A stretch of 64,000 nt of DNA from Amphiscolops sp. MND2022. Lineage: Eukaryota. Under the pieces are notes generated by a model, which was not told the origin of the DNA, did no database searches, and was given only the letters and a program-made list of their open reading frames with translations. Where the stretch lies: assembly GCA_964187785.1 (NCBI GenBank), contig OZ076417.1, forward strand, positions 20,336,001-20,400,000. Direction: 5' to 3'. Positions 1 to 13,701 of the stretch are shown in pieces (position 1 is the stretch's first letter; the number at the start of each line of letters is the position of its first letter). The position numbers and the translations under genes are program-made.

Positions 1-12
1 CTCATGCATGCA

Positions 13-208
13 CCCTAGTTTTGCGGAATCACAAACTTTGCAAAATTCGGCCTAAATTTTTACCAATTATGCATTGGTTACAAGAATCTTACAAGTTTGT
101 ACAAGAATCGCAAGTTTTGCAAGAATCTTGTAAGAGTTAGTGTCAAACAATGCATTTTCTCACGAGTTTTTGTAAGAATTTTGCAAAAGTTTATTTTTTC
201 AACTAGGG
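13..208. mobile_element. MITE-like element with CCCTAGTT terminal inverted repeats
   Basis: CCCTAGTT at 13-20 and AACTAGGG at 201-208, flanked by CATGCA on both sides (7-12, 209-214; candidate 6-bp TSD). Interior rich in TTGCAA/CAAGAATC. Duplicate at 4669-4848 and a related partial copy at 57294-~57430. Confidence 0.7.
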
Positions 209-556
209 CATGCAATGCCATGGCCATGGATGGGTCACACATGAACCATACACGCGCAATTTTTGCTATTCAATGGCTATTAAATGCTATAAAAAATCCT
301 TAAACGTAATAATGACATCTGCATATTATATCAATGTGCGGTGGAAGGAAAGATTTTTTCCCAACTTGATGCATACCCTAGCAACTGATTAAAATAATCT
401 CTGACATGTGTGAAAAACCAAAACTCAGTTGACGTCTTTCCAGTTGAAATGAAAAACTGTCGAGAGGAAAAAGATTAAGACATGTTTATACTATTGTACT
501 TGTTCGCTAAGTTTTATAATTTATACTTAATTATATGATAGGTCTTGTTAACATCC

Positions 557-1491
557 CTGATAACAATATAAAAGTAAATTATCTAATCGCAGCTTCATCT
601 GGAACTGTTTCAGAAACCCCCGCATCTCCCCGTAGTGTGCGATCTCCATCACCAGACAGATGGGCTCAGCGCGGGAAATGACACCCAGAAGTTTTATGAT
701 ATGTGGGTGTGAAAACTTCCTCATCGTCATCGCCTCCAGGAAGAAATGGTCCTGGGCGAAGTGCTCGACCTTGGTCAGCAGTTTGATTGCCACTTTCTTT
801 ACCTGGTGACCTTCGCGGTCAACTCGCAGGTCACCTATGAGGAACCATCCATCAGCAAACTTAAGGATTCCTTACATTCAAAAAAGTACAAATAAAATCA
901 AATAATTTCAACTGATACCTGGATCCTAATTCATGAAGCTTGCATGCAATTCCATGCATGGAACCATTTGATCGGATGAATTCCATGCGATTCCATGCAT
1001 GAAATCATGTCATTCTTGATTTCCATACGTTTTCATGCATGGAAACATATGATTCCATGCGATTCCATGCATGGAATCGAATATTGCGTTGGATCCAGGT
1101 ATAGTTTTTTCAAAGATTTTGGAGTTGTTGGTACTATTAGCGATTTGAATGGAATTGATAGCTTATTTTTTTTAGTTTGGAAAATAATGAAAAGAAATTT
1201 CCTTTCATCATTTTTTCAAACTACCAAGTTTTCACTGCAAACTGTATTTTTGTCCAGTACGTTCAAAAAATTTTCAAATTCTCGAAATTGACTGACACTG
1301 ATTGAAGCTTGGTCTATTTTTTTTCCGTGAAACTGATGAAACCAAATTATCTTTATAATCTGATTATATCCTTTCACCAAAATTTTTTCCTGATAATTCC
1401 TCATACCCTCGAAAACTTTGCCGAATTGGCCTTCGCCCAGTTCTTTGACAATGACCAAATTTTCACTGGGAATTTCAATGGATATTATTGA
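557..1491 (-). pseudogene. Partial duplicate of FAK-like tyrosine kinase exons (subdomains I-V)
   Basis: Exons ~1491-1407 (IEIPSENLVIVKELGEGQFGKVFEG) and 834-557 (DLRVDREGHQVKKVAIK...LLLYCYQ). The 5' part of the first exon is replaced by unrelated sequence. Any further exon would lie left of the window. Confidence 0.75.
918..1099. mobile_element. CATG-rich MITE in a kinase intron (duplicate at 5561-5742)
   Basis: CCTGGATCC...GGATCCAGG termini flanked by TA on both sides. Interior made of TTCCATGCATGGAA-like palindromic units. Confidence 0.7.
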
Positions 1492-2074
1492 CTTTTACAG
1501 TACTCATTGTTGACTTGTTTTGATGCCAATAATACCGGTCTAAGGGGCCTATTCTGGCTAATAAATCGCGGTGTAAAAGTGTGTTTAATGGCCTCAACAG
1601 GTTTCATTATTACATAATCATCCAATGCATCTAATATTAAAATAGCTTTACCTTTGTCCCGTTTCAAGATTCACATGTTGACTCGTGCCTCAGTGTGTGA
1701 TCACATATTTTGAATACCTTCACCCCAACAATAGTAATGTGAGGATTTCATAACTCTTCATAACGTGAATCTCAACTCTGATATATCTTTGTTGTATTGT
1801 ACCAAGAATGCCTTGATCAAACTGATGCTTTGATATAATTGTTGTTGAAGTCTAAATGCCACTCCAGGAATGTGGACCCGGAAAAGCACATGACATTTTT
1901 CCTCAACTTTGTTGACATATTGATGCTGAGGAATGTAACTATCATTCCAATGAGACTATATATACAAGAGGCTCTCATAGGAAGAACACAAATCTGTAAA
2001 CTGTTTTCTAGTTCAAACCGTTCAAACGTTACTTTTCCGAATAAAATGATTCAGATATTTACTATCGGATATTC

Positions 2075-2689
2075 TTGATGCCTACCACTAGAAAACAAAA
2101 AAAGAAGGACAGAAAATCGAGAGGATTAGAATTGCTCTCAGACATAGAAAACCTAGACATTATGTTGGAAGACAGACACTCTGAGAGAGAGGAAAGTGTA
2201 GATAGCAATCGGGCTAGAAGGCCTGAAAGTGCAAATAGCAATCTCTTTGAGAACGATGAAGAGAATTAATACTTGAATCCTAGAGAAATCAGATCTAGTA
2301 ACAATGCTGGTCTTGGCCAAAATTCGACAAGTGCGAACTCTAGTGCTGAGATCAACAGATTATCGAGTGAATTAATTTCTAGGATATCTAGGGAGATGGA
2401 TGAGATGATGAATAGTGTCAGTGTTCAGATTCAGAGGGCAATTAACAATACCATCAGTAGTCAGGTATTACCCCAAATTCAGAATGCCATCATGGCCGGA
2501 CCGGGACATATGACACAGAAAAGATGGAACGTTCCGGCTGAGAGACGGGAAACAAATACCGAAGTTCTGCGAAATGGAAAGGTCAAAAATAGTTTAAAAG
2601 ATGAGTTTGCCGAAAAGCGTCTTAATTATGAGCCCATCGGCAATGCTTACGACAAAACAATTTACAGAATCTATCAACTGATTTACTGA
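2075..2689 (+). pseudogene. Interrupted ORF (MPTTRKQKK...), probably a TE-derived gag/ORF1-like fragment
   Basis: ORFs 2075-2269 and 2273-2689 are in the same frame, separated by one TAA. Central predicted coiled coil (AEINRLSSELISRISREMDEMMNSVSVQIQRAI). No catalytic motif recognised. Confidence 0.4.
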
Positions 2690-3671
2690 TTTTCCTTGAA
2701 TGCAAACTTGCACACAAATGTTTCAAATTTTGGATTAGCTTAAAATTCATTTCAACCGCAGATGGTTCAACCTAGGAAGAGTCTAGTTTCGAAAGTAACA
2801 TAGAATTGTTCAGATAAGTGATATTTATAGACATAATGCAGCATGAAACCTGTGTAACTCATGTCAATACGTTTGCTAGCAAGATGGCGTTTTGCAAAAT
2901 GAACAAAGAGTTGCGAAATTGTTACAATTTAAGTAGTTTTTGATCAAAACATGAAACCTGAGTTCTGTGCAACTCTGTGAAAGAACCATTTAAATTTAAT
3001 GCATCTAATCCGGGATTGTTTACAAAAGTTGACTTTATGCAGCTAATGGTTTCGAAACATGCTCATAGAAATTATGTTCACACCAACAAGGAAGCAAAAA
3101 TAGCAAAATTTCTTTTCTAATTTCCCCAATTATAATTATAACCTGCGGAAATAGAGTTTCATGTCGGCTGAAATTTTTCTTGAAATGCGAAGTTTTACAA
3201 AGTGGCAGTTTTGACTCACAAGTTATGTAAGCAAGTTATATAAGTGAGTGAATGTACGTTTTTCAAATTAAAAATGTGAAAAGGGACCCTATGACAATTG
3301 CATAACGAAAAAACAAAAAAGTTGTTTCTGATATGATAAGTTCACATGAAACACAGAATCATGACAACTATGTAAAATTGTTTATATCAATTGATCTTCT
3401 ACTTGAAAAAAAAAATATTAATATTTGAGTCAGAAAAGAAAAAAATTTCAATGATAAAAAAGTCTTCGAATGTTCATTATACCATGCGTATTTTAAGCGT
3501 AAGAAAGCGTTCGCAGAGTTTTTTCTGTTATGTTCCTTCAATTTATCCAATTTATCTGCGTCTGAAATTATCTAACAAAATCCAATTCTTGCAGCTGAAT
3601 CACCGAGGTCTACATTTAGAATACGGTACAATTATTTAGAGAAATTTTACGACTTAATTGCCACATAAACA

Positions 3672-3817
3672 TAGTTATTTTGACTGAACGCTGCGAAATC
3701 ATGTCCTAAAATCTGCACCAAGCTGACAAAATTCTGTTTGTGTTAACACAAACAGAATTTTGTCAGCTTGGTGCAGATTTTAGGACATGATTTCGCAGCG
3801 TTCAGTCAAAATAACTA
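3672..3817. repeat. Perfect 146-bp palindrome (73-bp arms, no spacer)
   Basis: The left arm tagttattttgactgaacg...ctgtttgtgtt is the exact reverse complement of the right arm. The centre is GTT|AAC at 3744/3745. Confidence 0.97.
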
Positions 3818-4372
3818 GTTAACTTAGTCAAACTAGTTAACTAGTCAAAATAACAATGTCCAGGTACTAGTTATAAACGCCATATATGAGTCACCTGGTT
3901 ATAGGTGAAATACCTGTTATAATCTCTTCTGAGCTAATCATGTCCTCTCGGGACAGTTGGAAAAGAATAACCGTGGAATCAAAAGCACGTGATTCATAGG
4001 GATAGTTGTTTGTATTGCGCAATCTTTGGGGGCGCTTGTTTTGAAGACAAGACCACAGAGTCTAAAAGAAATCCCCACTTCTAAATTTCTTTCCAAATTT
4101 CCTCAGATGTTTTCCAAAATCTGCCAATTAACCCGGCGCCACCACTTCACAAAGAAGTCGGGATCAAATTAACCGACTATCAATTAGTCCGAACAAGAGT
4201 GTCAACAGTGTTTCATTGGTTGAAAGAAAACCGACGTCATGTGACCGAATGATTACGTCATTAATTTTTCACATCGGAAATGGTTCAACCAATCAAATAC
4301 ATGAAGTCAGAGTGCTTTATGAACTGTTGCTAGAAGTTTGTCTTTAAGGAATACCGATGGGCTAATTTTTTA

Positions 4373-6149
<1,777 letters not shown>

Positions 6150-9100
6150 GCTTGGTAGTAACGTGTAAATTGCGTAATCACTGACGCAATAAATTCAATA
6201 TTGCGTAATGAATTATTGGAATGTCAGGAGCGTAACTGATCAATAAACCGGCTGTAATAACTATGACCCCACTAAACAGACCTGGTTATGACTAGTAATG
6301 GAAAATACAAACTACGCAATGAAGTAAACCGGATGTAGTTTGACGAGGTCTATCGATAATTAAACATTTATAACATCCGGGAGGTCAAATAATAATAAAA
6401 GATACAGTAACGATGGCGAGACAAGATGAATGACCGGCCCATAAAACGATGGAACAATTCAAAGGAAAATCACTTGAATTTATAGTGAATTTCAAGTGGA
6501 AACCCAACAAAGTAGCCAAGCTGCTAATTAAATTTCATATCCAAATGTATTTCGAAATTTTTCAAAACGTTGGGCTAAATTATCGAAGTTTAAATTCCGT
6601 TGGCTTTAAAACTATAGTTTCAAAATTTATAGATTTATGACGTAACAAAAGTTGTGTAAGATCTCGAAAACTTCGTAAGCAACACAAACTTTGGCGGAAC
6701 TTGCTTTAAATCAATGCGAAAGAGAAATAAATCGTCAACATAGTTTGCAACTCAAATGACATTTTCCAGGGTTTTTGTCGATCTGTTTGTCAAACGATGG
6801 TTTCAGAGTTGTCGCACCAAAGACAAAAACGAATAAGTTGATAGATCCAGTTTGAAAGTTTCCCTAATTGACGTAATACAGTTTGAAAGTCAAATGGATA
6901 AATAGTCAAATCAAAGATTTATTTTGTGATGTCACTTAAATCAAGTTTCGTCTGACTGTCAAAATTTGAACAGAGTTATTATTTCACACTCCATGCAACC
7001 AAAATAGGCGTGAAAACTATTTGAGGTGACAAAGTCAAGACTTCCGGTTTCAGTTTTACGGAGTAACTAATTTGATGACCTTTAAGAAACAGCGTCAAAA
7101 TTTGGCTGGATTTGAAACAAACAGACAGGAATTTACAGAATTGCCAAGAGGTTGCAAAAGTGCAAAATCTTCAACAAACAAATACACCCTGGAAATTATT
7201 TGGATTGGCAAAGCTCGAACGTAAACAAAGCTTTGTGGGTCCAGAGTTTTGGAAAAGTGGAATTGCAGATAATTTGTCTGGAAATTTGCAATTGCAGCTG
7301 CTTTTGGGATTTGTTCACGTGTAAATTTGAGCGGGTAATTTGTAATAAGCTCAATATAACTTATAACAGGGAATGGTAATAGGTACTGGTGCCTCCAACA
7401 AATTTAAAATCAGAGGGCAAAAATTTGAGTGGATTTGGAAGCAGAAGAAAGCCAGAAATAAATCTTCGTCACAGATTTTAAAAGAACTTTCTTCCGATAT
7501 AAAGAAGACCAGGACTTTCGGTGCTGTATACTTATAAGAACCGAATTTACACAACGGACTTGTTAGTATATGTATATAAAAGGAGTGAGGTTATGTATTA
7601 TAAGGAGCAGTGTTTATAACTAAGTTAGTACGAAGACCGGTTCTGTTTAAAAGCCTGTTAAATCCTTAAGTGTCAGCCGCTTTACAAGGAACCAAAATTT
7701 CGTGCGGATTCTTGGACAGGATATTCGCGTTCGGTTTATTAATTTATATATAAATTATAACTACTAGATCGGGTATACACGAAAGACAAGGATTAGTTTT
7801 ACCAGATGAATCTCCCGATAATAACCAATGAAATAGAAGACATATAAGTTTGTATAAATAAACTCACCAAGACTGCTCTGCAGAGCTAAGTTTGAGAATT
7901 ATTCTCGAATAACCTTCGTAAATTTAATTGTGCCGATATTTGGAAGCAACCACCGCGCGGCTAATTCATGAGATTTATAAAATTATAATCAACCACGTTC
8001 TATCTTATTACACGACTAGTTATAAAAATTTTGCTTGTTAGATAACCAACAGTAAAAAAGAGCATAAAATTGATGAATATTGCTGCCAAAAACTATGGTC
8101 AATATTGATTTTGCTTCACTGCGAAATTCTCAACATCATGCTAAAATTTTGGCCACTTTCATTTTTTTGATCTTTTCGAAACATGCTTGATGCAATTGTT
8201 ACGTAATAGTAATTACGTCATACGTACATTATGAGATGATGGATCATTTTGTGAGCGCAAAAATCAGTTATAAACAATGGTCAAGGATCGTGAACTGTAA
8301 CATATCAATGTTAATGGTAGTTTATATAAGAAATGAAAGGTTAATAATTTTTTTTAAAAAACACATGGTGCAAAATGTCATTTCTTGTTTTCTGACGTTT
8401 TTTGTCACTCTAGCTCAGCATGATTCATTTAACGGTTACATCACACGCAGATTAAAAATTATTACGCAAGTTTGCGTGAATACCATGAAAACAATATTAT
8501 ATAATGTCTTGTGTGCGTCAAAATAACACAAAGAACCACAAAAATGAATAATTCATTCCCAGAGGTTTTGTAAACCCTTTTAAACTAGCTGCTCAATTGT
8601 TTTAAGGGATATAATAGCTGTCTTTTCCAGAAAACGTGGACCGTTTCCTTGAAATCTGACAAAAACTAGCAGTAAATTTTAGCTAGAAAAATAATTTTTC
8701 AAGTTCAAACTGAAAAGTGTTTCAGAGGCGTTGAACACTAAGGTATTGAATTATCTTTTTTTTACTCACATTTCACAACATTGATAAAATTTTAATCCGC
8801 TTTTGAGGTATGTGATGGTTCTAGTCCTTATACGTTAATTCTAAACGAATCATACCACTGTCGTAGTTGCTGTGAATAGATCGAATTGCAGAAACGTTTC
8901 ACTCAATTTGTGTCCGTTAGAATGAGATTAAAAGTCATGTATTTTGTTTAAAGTTTGGGTGTTAACTGAGACGTTTCTGAAAAACTACCTTGGTTAAAAT
9001 CACTCAAATGGAAAGAAACTTTGCTTATCGCTTCTATCGCTGAGAAACAAGGTCCGAAAGGGCCATTGAATGCCATAATGTTCAGTACTTTAATGAGTTT

Positions 9101-9259
9101 CAGTTCCCTAGTGATGTTTGAGCACCTTTTCAGTGCCCAAGTTGAAACTTCTGAAGGAGCTAGTGGGTTTCTGTAAATCCGTCATTCAAGGTGACTTTCG
9201 TTTAATTCAAATTTGTATTGGAACTTAAACTTTGTTTTGTTGGAGAGACTATGATCATC

Positions 9260-9500
9260 CATCCGCGAGATGCTTGAAAAATGCTTGGTGTCTGGATTTA
9301 GTCGAAGTTCGAGAATCGATACCCAGCGTTCGAAGCCATGGAACGCTTGCCATGATCATGGTTAATCTTGCTAAATCATGGTTGACCATAGCACCTTTGT
9401 CAAGATCATGGCAAATCATGATACATGGAAAGCTTCTCAAGGTCATGGCAAGATCATGGCAAGATCTTGTCAAGATAACCATGGTTTGTCATGGTCCTTA
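9260..9500. repeat. CATG/GATC-rich low-complexity dispersed repeat
   Basis: Repeated ATCATGGCAAG/CCATGATC units. The ORFs called here are repeat artefacts. Confidence 0.6.
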
Positions 9501-9974
9501 CCAAGGATGTCATGTCAAAAATTCGATTGAACCATTTTCAGTTATTGACCTTGTCCCTAGTTGGAAGGTCTGTCTTGGAATGCATGGAAACCGGGAATAC
9601 CATGGGGACCGGAAATAACGTCTAAGGAATAACATCTAAATGCAAAACGGGAATAACGTCTAAAGCGGCGAGCGGCGGGAATAACGTCTAAGGAATAAAT
9701 AATTATAATTAAGTACGTCAGATAATATCTTAGGCTTAGAAACAAGTTCCGGTTGTTTCCTTGAAACAGAACTTATAGATGAAGGCAAATTAACGAAATG
9801 TTAACAAAAAATCTAAAGTTGTTTTTTTAAAAGTAAACTACTTTATTGAACCAAAAAATTTAAAAAAAAAAACGAAAATACAAAGACAAGGGTGTAAAAC
9901 AATTCGGCACCAATAATGAAAGTGCTCATTAACAAGTATAATTTCAATTGAGAATGAAACTCACAGGTAGTTTT

Positions 9975-11027
9975 CCCAGGTTGACCCCATCATGGCTCAA
10001 TAACGGCTTTTCATCCATGATCATGACTTTCTTATAGCATTACACTCGAATCATGGCTAATAATGGCTAAAGATCTATGAAAGAATGCTCCATGTTCTGT
10101 TAACCACGGAGCTTTTTGCAAATCTGTGATAGCTTATGCATTTCATCACCCTAGGTGAAACTGCTTGATTTCTTTACATACTGCAGGCCTGAGTGCAGTG
10201 GAATTTTTCATCAAACCTAGAAAATTCAGTAATGTTCCTGTTGTGAATCTTTCAACATCTGATGTGATCATCGCTTCTACAATAGGACGCTAAACATGAC
10301 GCTACTTTGCAGTTTATTACGCGACTGAACTTATTTGATTGACAGTAAAACTGATTGCATCTTATTTGCTTTCAAAATTAGAACTGTCACCAATGAATCC
10401 TGCGAATCTTTCAAGCAGCATGATGAAAGTCAAATACAACAGGGAAATGTTTTCGCCTGAAAGTGTCCGTAAGAGTTTAAGAAAATCATAATAAAGTTTT
10501 TTGGCAACATTAAAGTGTATGCAAAAAATTCAACCTATTTCAACAAGGGCAAGCACCAATCAGAAGCGTTCAAATCGCGTCTTTACATGAATGTTTCTTG
10601 TAAAAAATATGAGACAACATTATTATGAAAATCTGGAAAAGTTTCAAAACGCATTTCGGAGTCAACTTGTTGAATAAGATTCATAACGTTGTAATTATAT
10701 GAAACAAAGTTTGGTACGATTTGCGTTACTGTCCTTTTCAGCCATGGAAGCAACTTCAGCTCACTAATTCTGTATTTTAGTGGTGTTTAAGAGAACCACT
10801 AATACAAAATAATTCTTGGTTTAGATCTTTTTATGGTTAACGTTATGCTGTCTTCATCCATAACCATACATGGCACCATGGCTTTTCATCCGTGATCATC
10901 CATGCATCATGCATATCTTCCATGATCTTGAAATGGTTCTCGGCATGGCGAACTCATGAATCATGGATGAATCATGGATGAATCATGGATGAATCATGGA
11001 TGGAAAGCAATGACCTTTAGACCTGGG
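9975..11027. mobile_element. Possible non-autonomous DNA element with short CCCAGGT inverted termini and CATG-rich subterminal regions
   Basis: CCCAGGT at 9975-9981 and ACCTGGG at 11021-11027. Four tandem copies of GAATCATGGAT at 10958-11001. No TSD seen. Confidence 0.35.
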
Positions 11028-12741
11028 CTCTGCATATTGAATCCTGCTGCTCTAATTCAATATTCTAATTAGTTCCTTCGTGAAAAAAAGTGTTCGTTGG
11101 ATTTTACGTTCTTGAGTAAAGTTTAGTACTTTTACTAAAGGACTTTCTGGTAACTACAATATAAGTTGGAAAACGAGTTGCTATTTGGTCGAGTTGGTTT
11201 TTTCATTGGAGTCACCTTGTTTAACATGAAACGACGTAGAAGAAAGCAAATAAATTTAGTGATAATTTCCGCAAAGTATAATGAGAAAATACACAAATGA
11301 TTATGTTGAAAAGCTTCGAAAGGGCCCGTCGAAACTGTTTTTTCAATAATTTTTAATAAGTAGGTTACTGTTTGTGAACAATATCCATAATGTACTGAAC
11401 TAAAATGGCAAAGGTCAAGCCGAAAACTAATTAGCTAGACAAATAGTCAATTTCCATGCAAGCAAAAAGTTGGAGCCTGGGAGGGAAGTATTGGGAATAT
11501 TTTCATGGAATTTTGAATTTACATTTTGTTGCCAGTTATTTCATTTTCGGCCTTCTACAGTCACAGAAAAAAAACAGAATGAACAAATGTTTCTTTTTAC
11601 ACCCATTTTTACATTAATCTAATGTACTTTACAACAAATTCACCGATGCATTTCGCCACAAAATATAGCGGTAACACATTAAAAACATGTATATTTCGCA
11701 TCGGAGTTTGCTTAATCATTCACACAGTTTTTATCATTATGATTCAAACGAGAAAATGTTCAAACTTTTTATGCACAGAGTATCTAGATTCTTTCCGAGA
11801 ATCAAATGATTGTCGTGACACTTTTTAATTTGTATAAAATTGAATATTAATTATAAAAACAGACGCTTTGTCTGTTTGTAGGGGGCGAATTTACAAACAT
11901 ACACAAAAATGAAGTTGTGAAATGAAATAAGATTTCATGCTCAACAAGCTAGCTGGTGAATATCAAAAAATTCTTATAGCTAGTCAAATAAAAAAATCTG
12001 AATAAAAAATTTTCTAATTCCACCGGGCGTTCGCAGAGTGAGTTCGGTTTTTTTAAATTTCGAACTACACCCTCTCGGAATAAACGAAAGAGTCATGCCC
12101 ATTTCAAGTAAAATGTCGAAATATATGCACTTTCGTTTCTGAGCTACTGAGCCATTCAGACGTTTGCCATTTCCAAAACGCATAAATGGGAAAATTTGGA
12201 TTTAAAAAATTGAGTCAAAACCTCAACAATCAAATTTTGTTGATTAACGAAAACGTGACGTACAAACTAGAATTCTCTAACTAACTTTGAAAACTCCGTA
12301 GTCGAGACTGCTGAAACTCTTTTCAAGCTGAAGGCCTGCATGCAGGGTAGTTTTATAAAACCTAGAAAATTCATGTTGCATCAGGCGGCAAATTTTGGTA
12401 AGTTTTCGGTTTTGCAACTATTTGTATAAAAAACTATATGAGATTTTTCGTGCCACCTTCTCTTAGTTTCAGTACTGATGATGCTTTCGAAACTTGTAAT
12501 TCTTCAATGAATGCATGCCCAGTTAACGAATAACTACACAATATGCTCCAAAAATACCTTTCTCGAATCGAGTTTTTGTTCAGCCCAAAACTGAAGTTTT
12601 AGAAAGTACAATAATGTTCATAAACGGAAAAAACAATGAACACTTAAAATTTCTAAATACCAGATTATCGGCAGTTTATTTTAACAAAGCCTTTTTTGTT
12701 TCAGTCTAATTTCCAAATTAGATTTTTTTGTACAACTATTT

Positions 12742-12941
12742 NNNNNNNNNNNNNNNNNNNNNNNNNNNNNNNNNNNNNNNNNNNNNNNNNNNNNNNNNNN
12801 NNNNNNNNNNNNNNNNNNNNNNNNNNNNNNNNNNNNNNNNNNNNNNNNNNNNNNNNNNNNNNNNNNNNNNNNNNNNNNNNNNNNNNNNNNNNNNNNNNNN
12901 NNNNNNNNNNNNNNNNNNNNNNNNNNNNNNNNNNNNNNNNN
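12742..12941. other. Assembly gap (200 N)
   Basis: Run of N. Adjacency of the two flanks is not guaranteed. Confidence 1.
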
Positions 12942-13701
12942 TTCAAGGCCGGATATGCGGTCGGTACTTCTTCCTTAAGCACCGGTATGCAGTCCAACCC
13001 GGATATCAGGTAAAATTTATTTGAATAAATCGACTGCATATACCTCTTTGCGGTGCATGTGATGGCCACCGCACATTATCGACCGCATATCTTGCCAGGA
13101 AAACAAGTTTGAGTTAAAGTTAATTACATCAGATAAATCGTTGTGGAGGGCAAAAACTGGTATGCGACGTAAGTTTCGGCCACCGCACTCAAGGTACTGT
13201 TTCATGAACAATGTTTTTTATTGAACTAAAATTACCTCAATTAAAAAGAAATGTTGACTGCATATACTTATTTGCGGTGTATGTGATAGACACCGCACTT
13301 CCAGTTCTTTGAGTTATAGTGAATTTACTGGAAGATACTTTTTGAGGGCAAATAATTGTTTGCACTATGTGCCTGTCACCGCGTTCATGATACGGTCTCA
13401 GTTACAACGTATTTTTGAAATAAAGTTAATTTATTGAAAAACAAATGTCGACTGCATATACCTTTTTGCGGTGTATGTGATAGCCACCGCACTCAAATTG
13501 TTCTGAGTTACAAAGCATTATATTGATTTGAAATTAACTTTAATACAATCTTAAACGCGCAAATTTTGTATGAAACGTGTTTTGCCTTTTTCGGAAAAAC
13601 CTTTTTCAAAAAACCGTTGTTTTTTATACTGCAAATTTTTGCAAAACAAGCAATTTAAAATCAACCAATTTAAGACATCGACCGAAAAAATTGAGCTTAT
13701 T

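Larger units (their letters stand above)
1..1483. repeat. Left copy of a ~4.64-kb-offset direct duplication (matches ~4657-6126)
   Basis: Near-identical sequence at a 4643-bp offset (exon ends 557/5200 and 1407/6050). Similarity stops at ~1480-1483 vs ~6123-6126, inside a kinase exon. The left boundary is outside the window. Confidence 0.95.

Noticed and set aside
1485-1667. ORF with AILILDALDD, resembling a NACHT/AAA Walker B
   Set aside because: Only 60 codons, no Walker A, and no linked exons found.
3913-4062. Open minus-strand stretch with AG/GT ends as the next kinase exon
   Set aside because: It is open only in phase 0 while the preceding exon ends in phase 1, and it lacks the subdomain VIII (PxKWxAPE) motif.
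9612-9700. Short GGAATAACGTCTAA repeats as a CRISPR-like array
   Set aside because: Units are ~14 bp with irregular short spacers, eukaryotic context, and no cas genes.
12696-13069. ORFs spanning the N-run
   Set aside because: Artefacts of translating the assembly gap.
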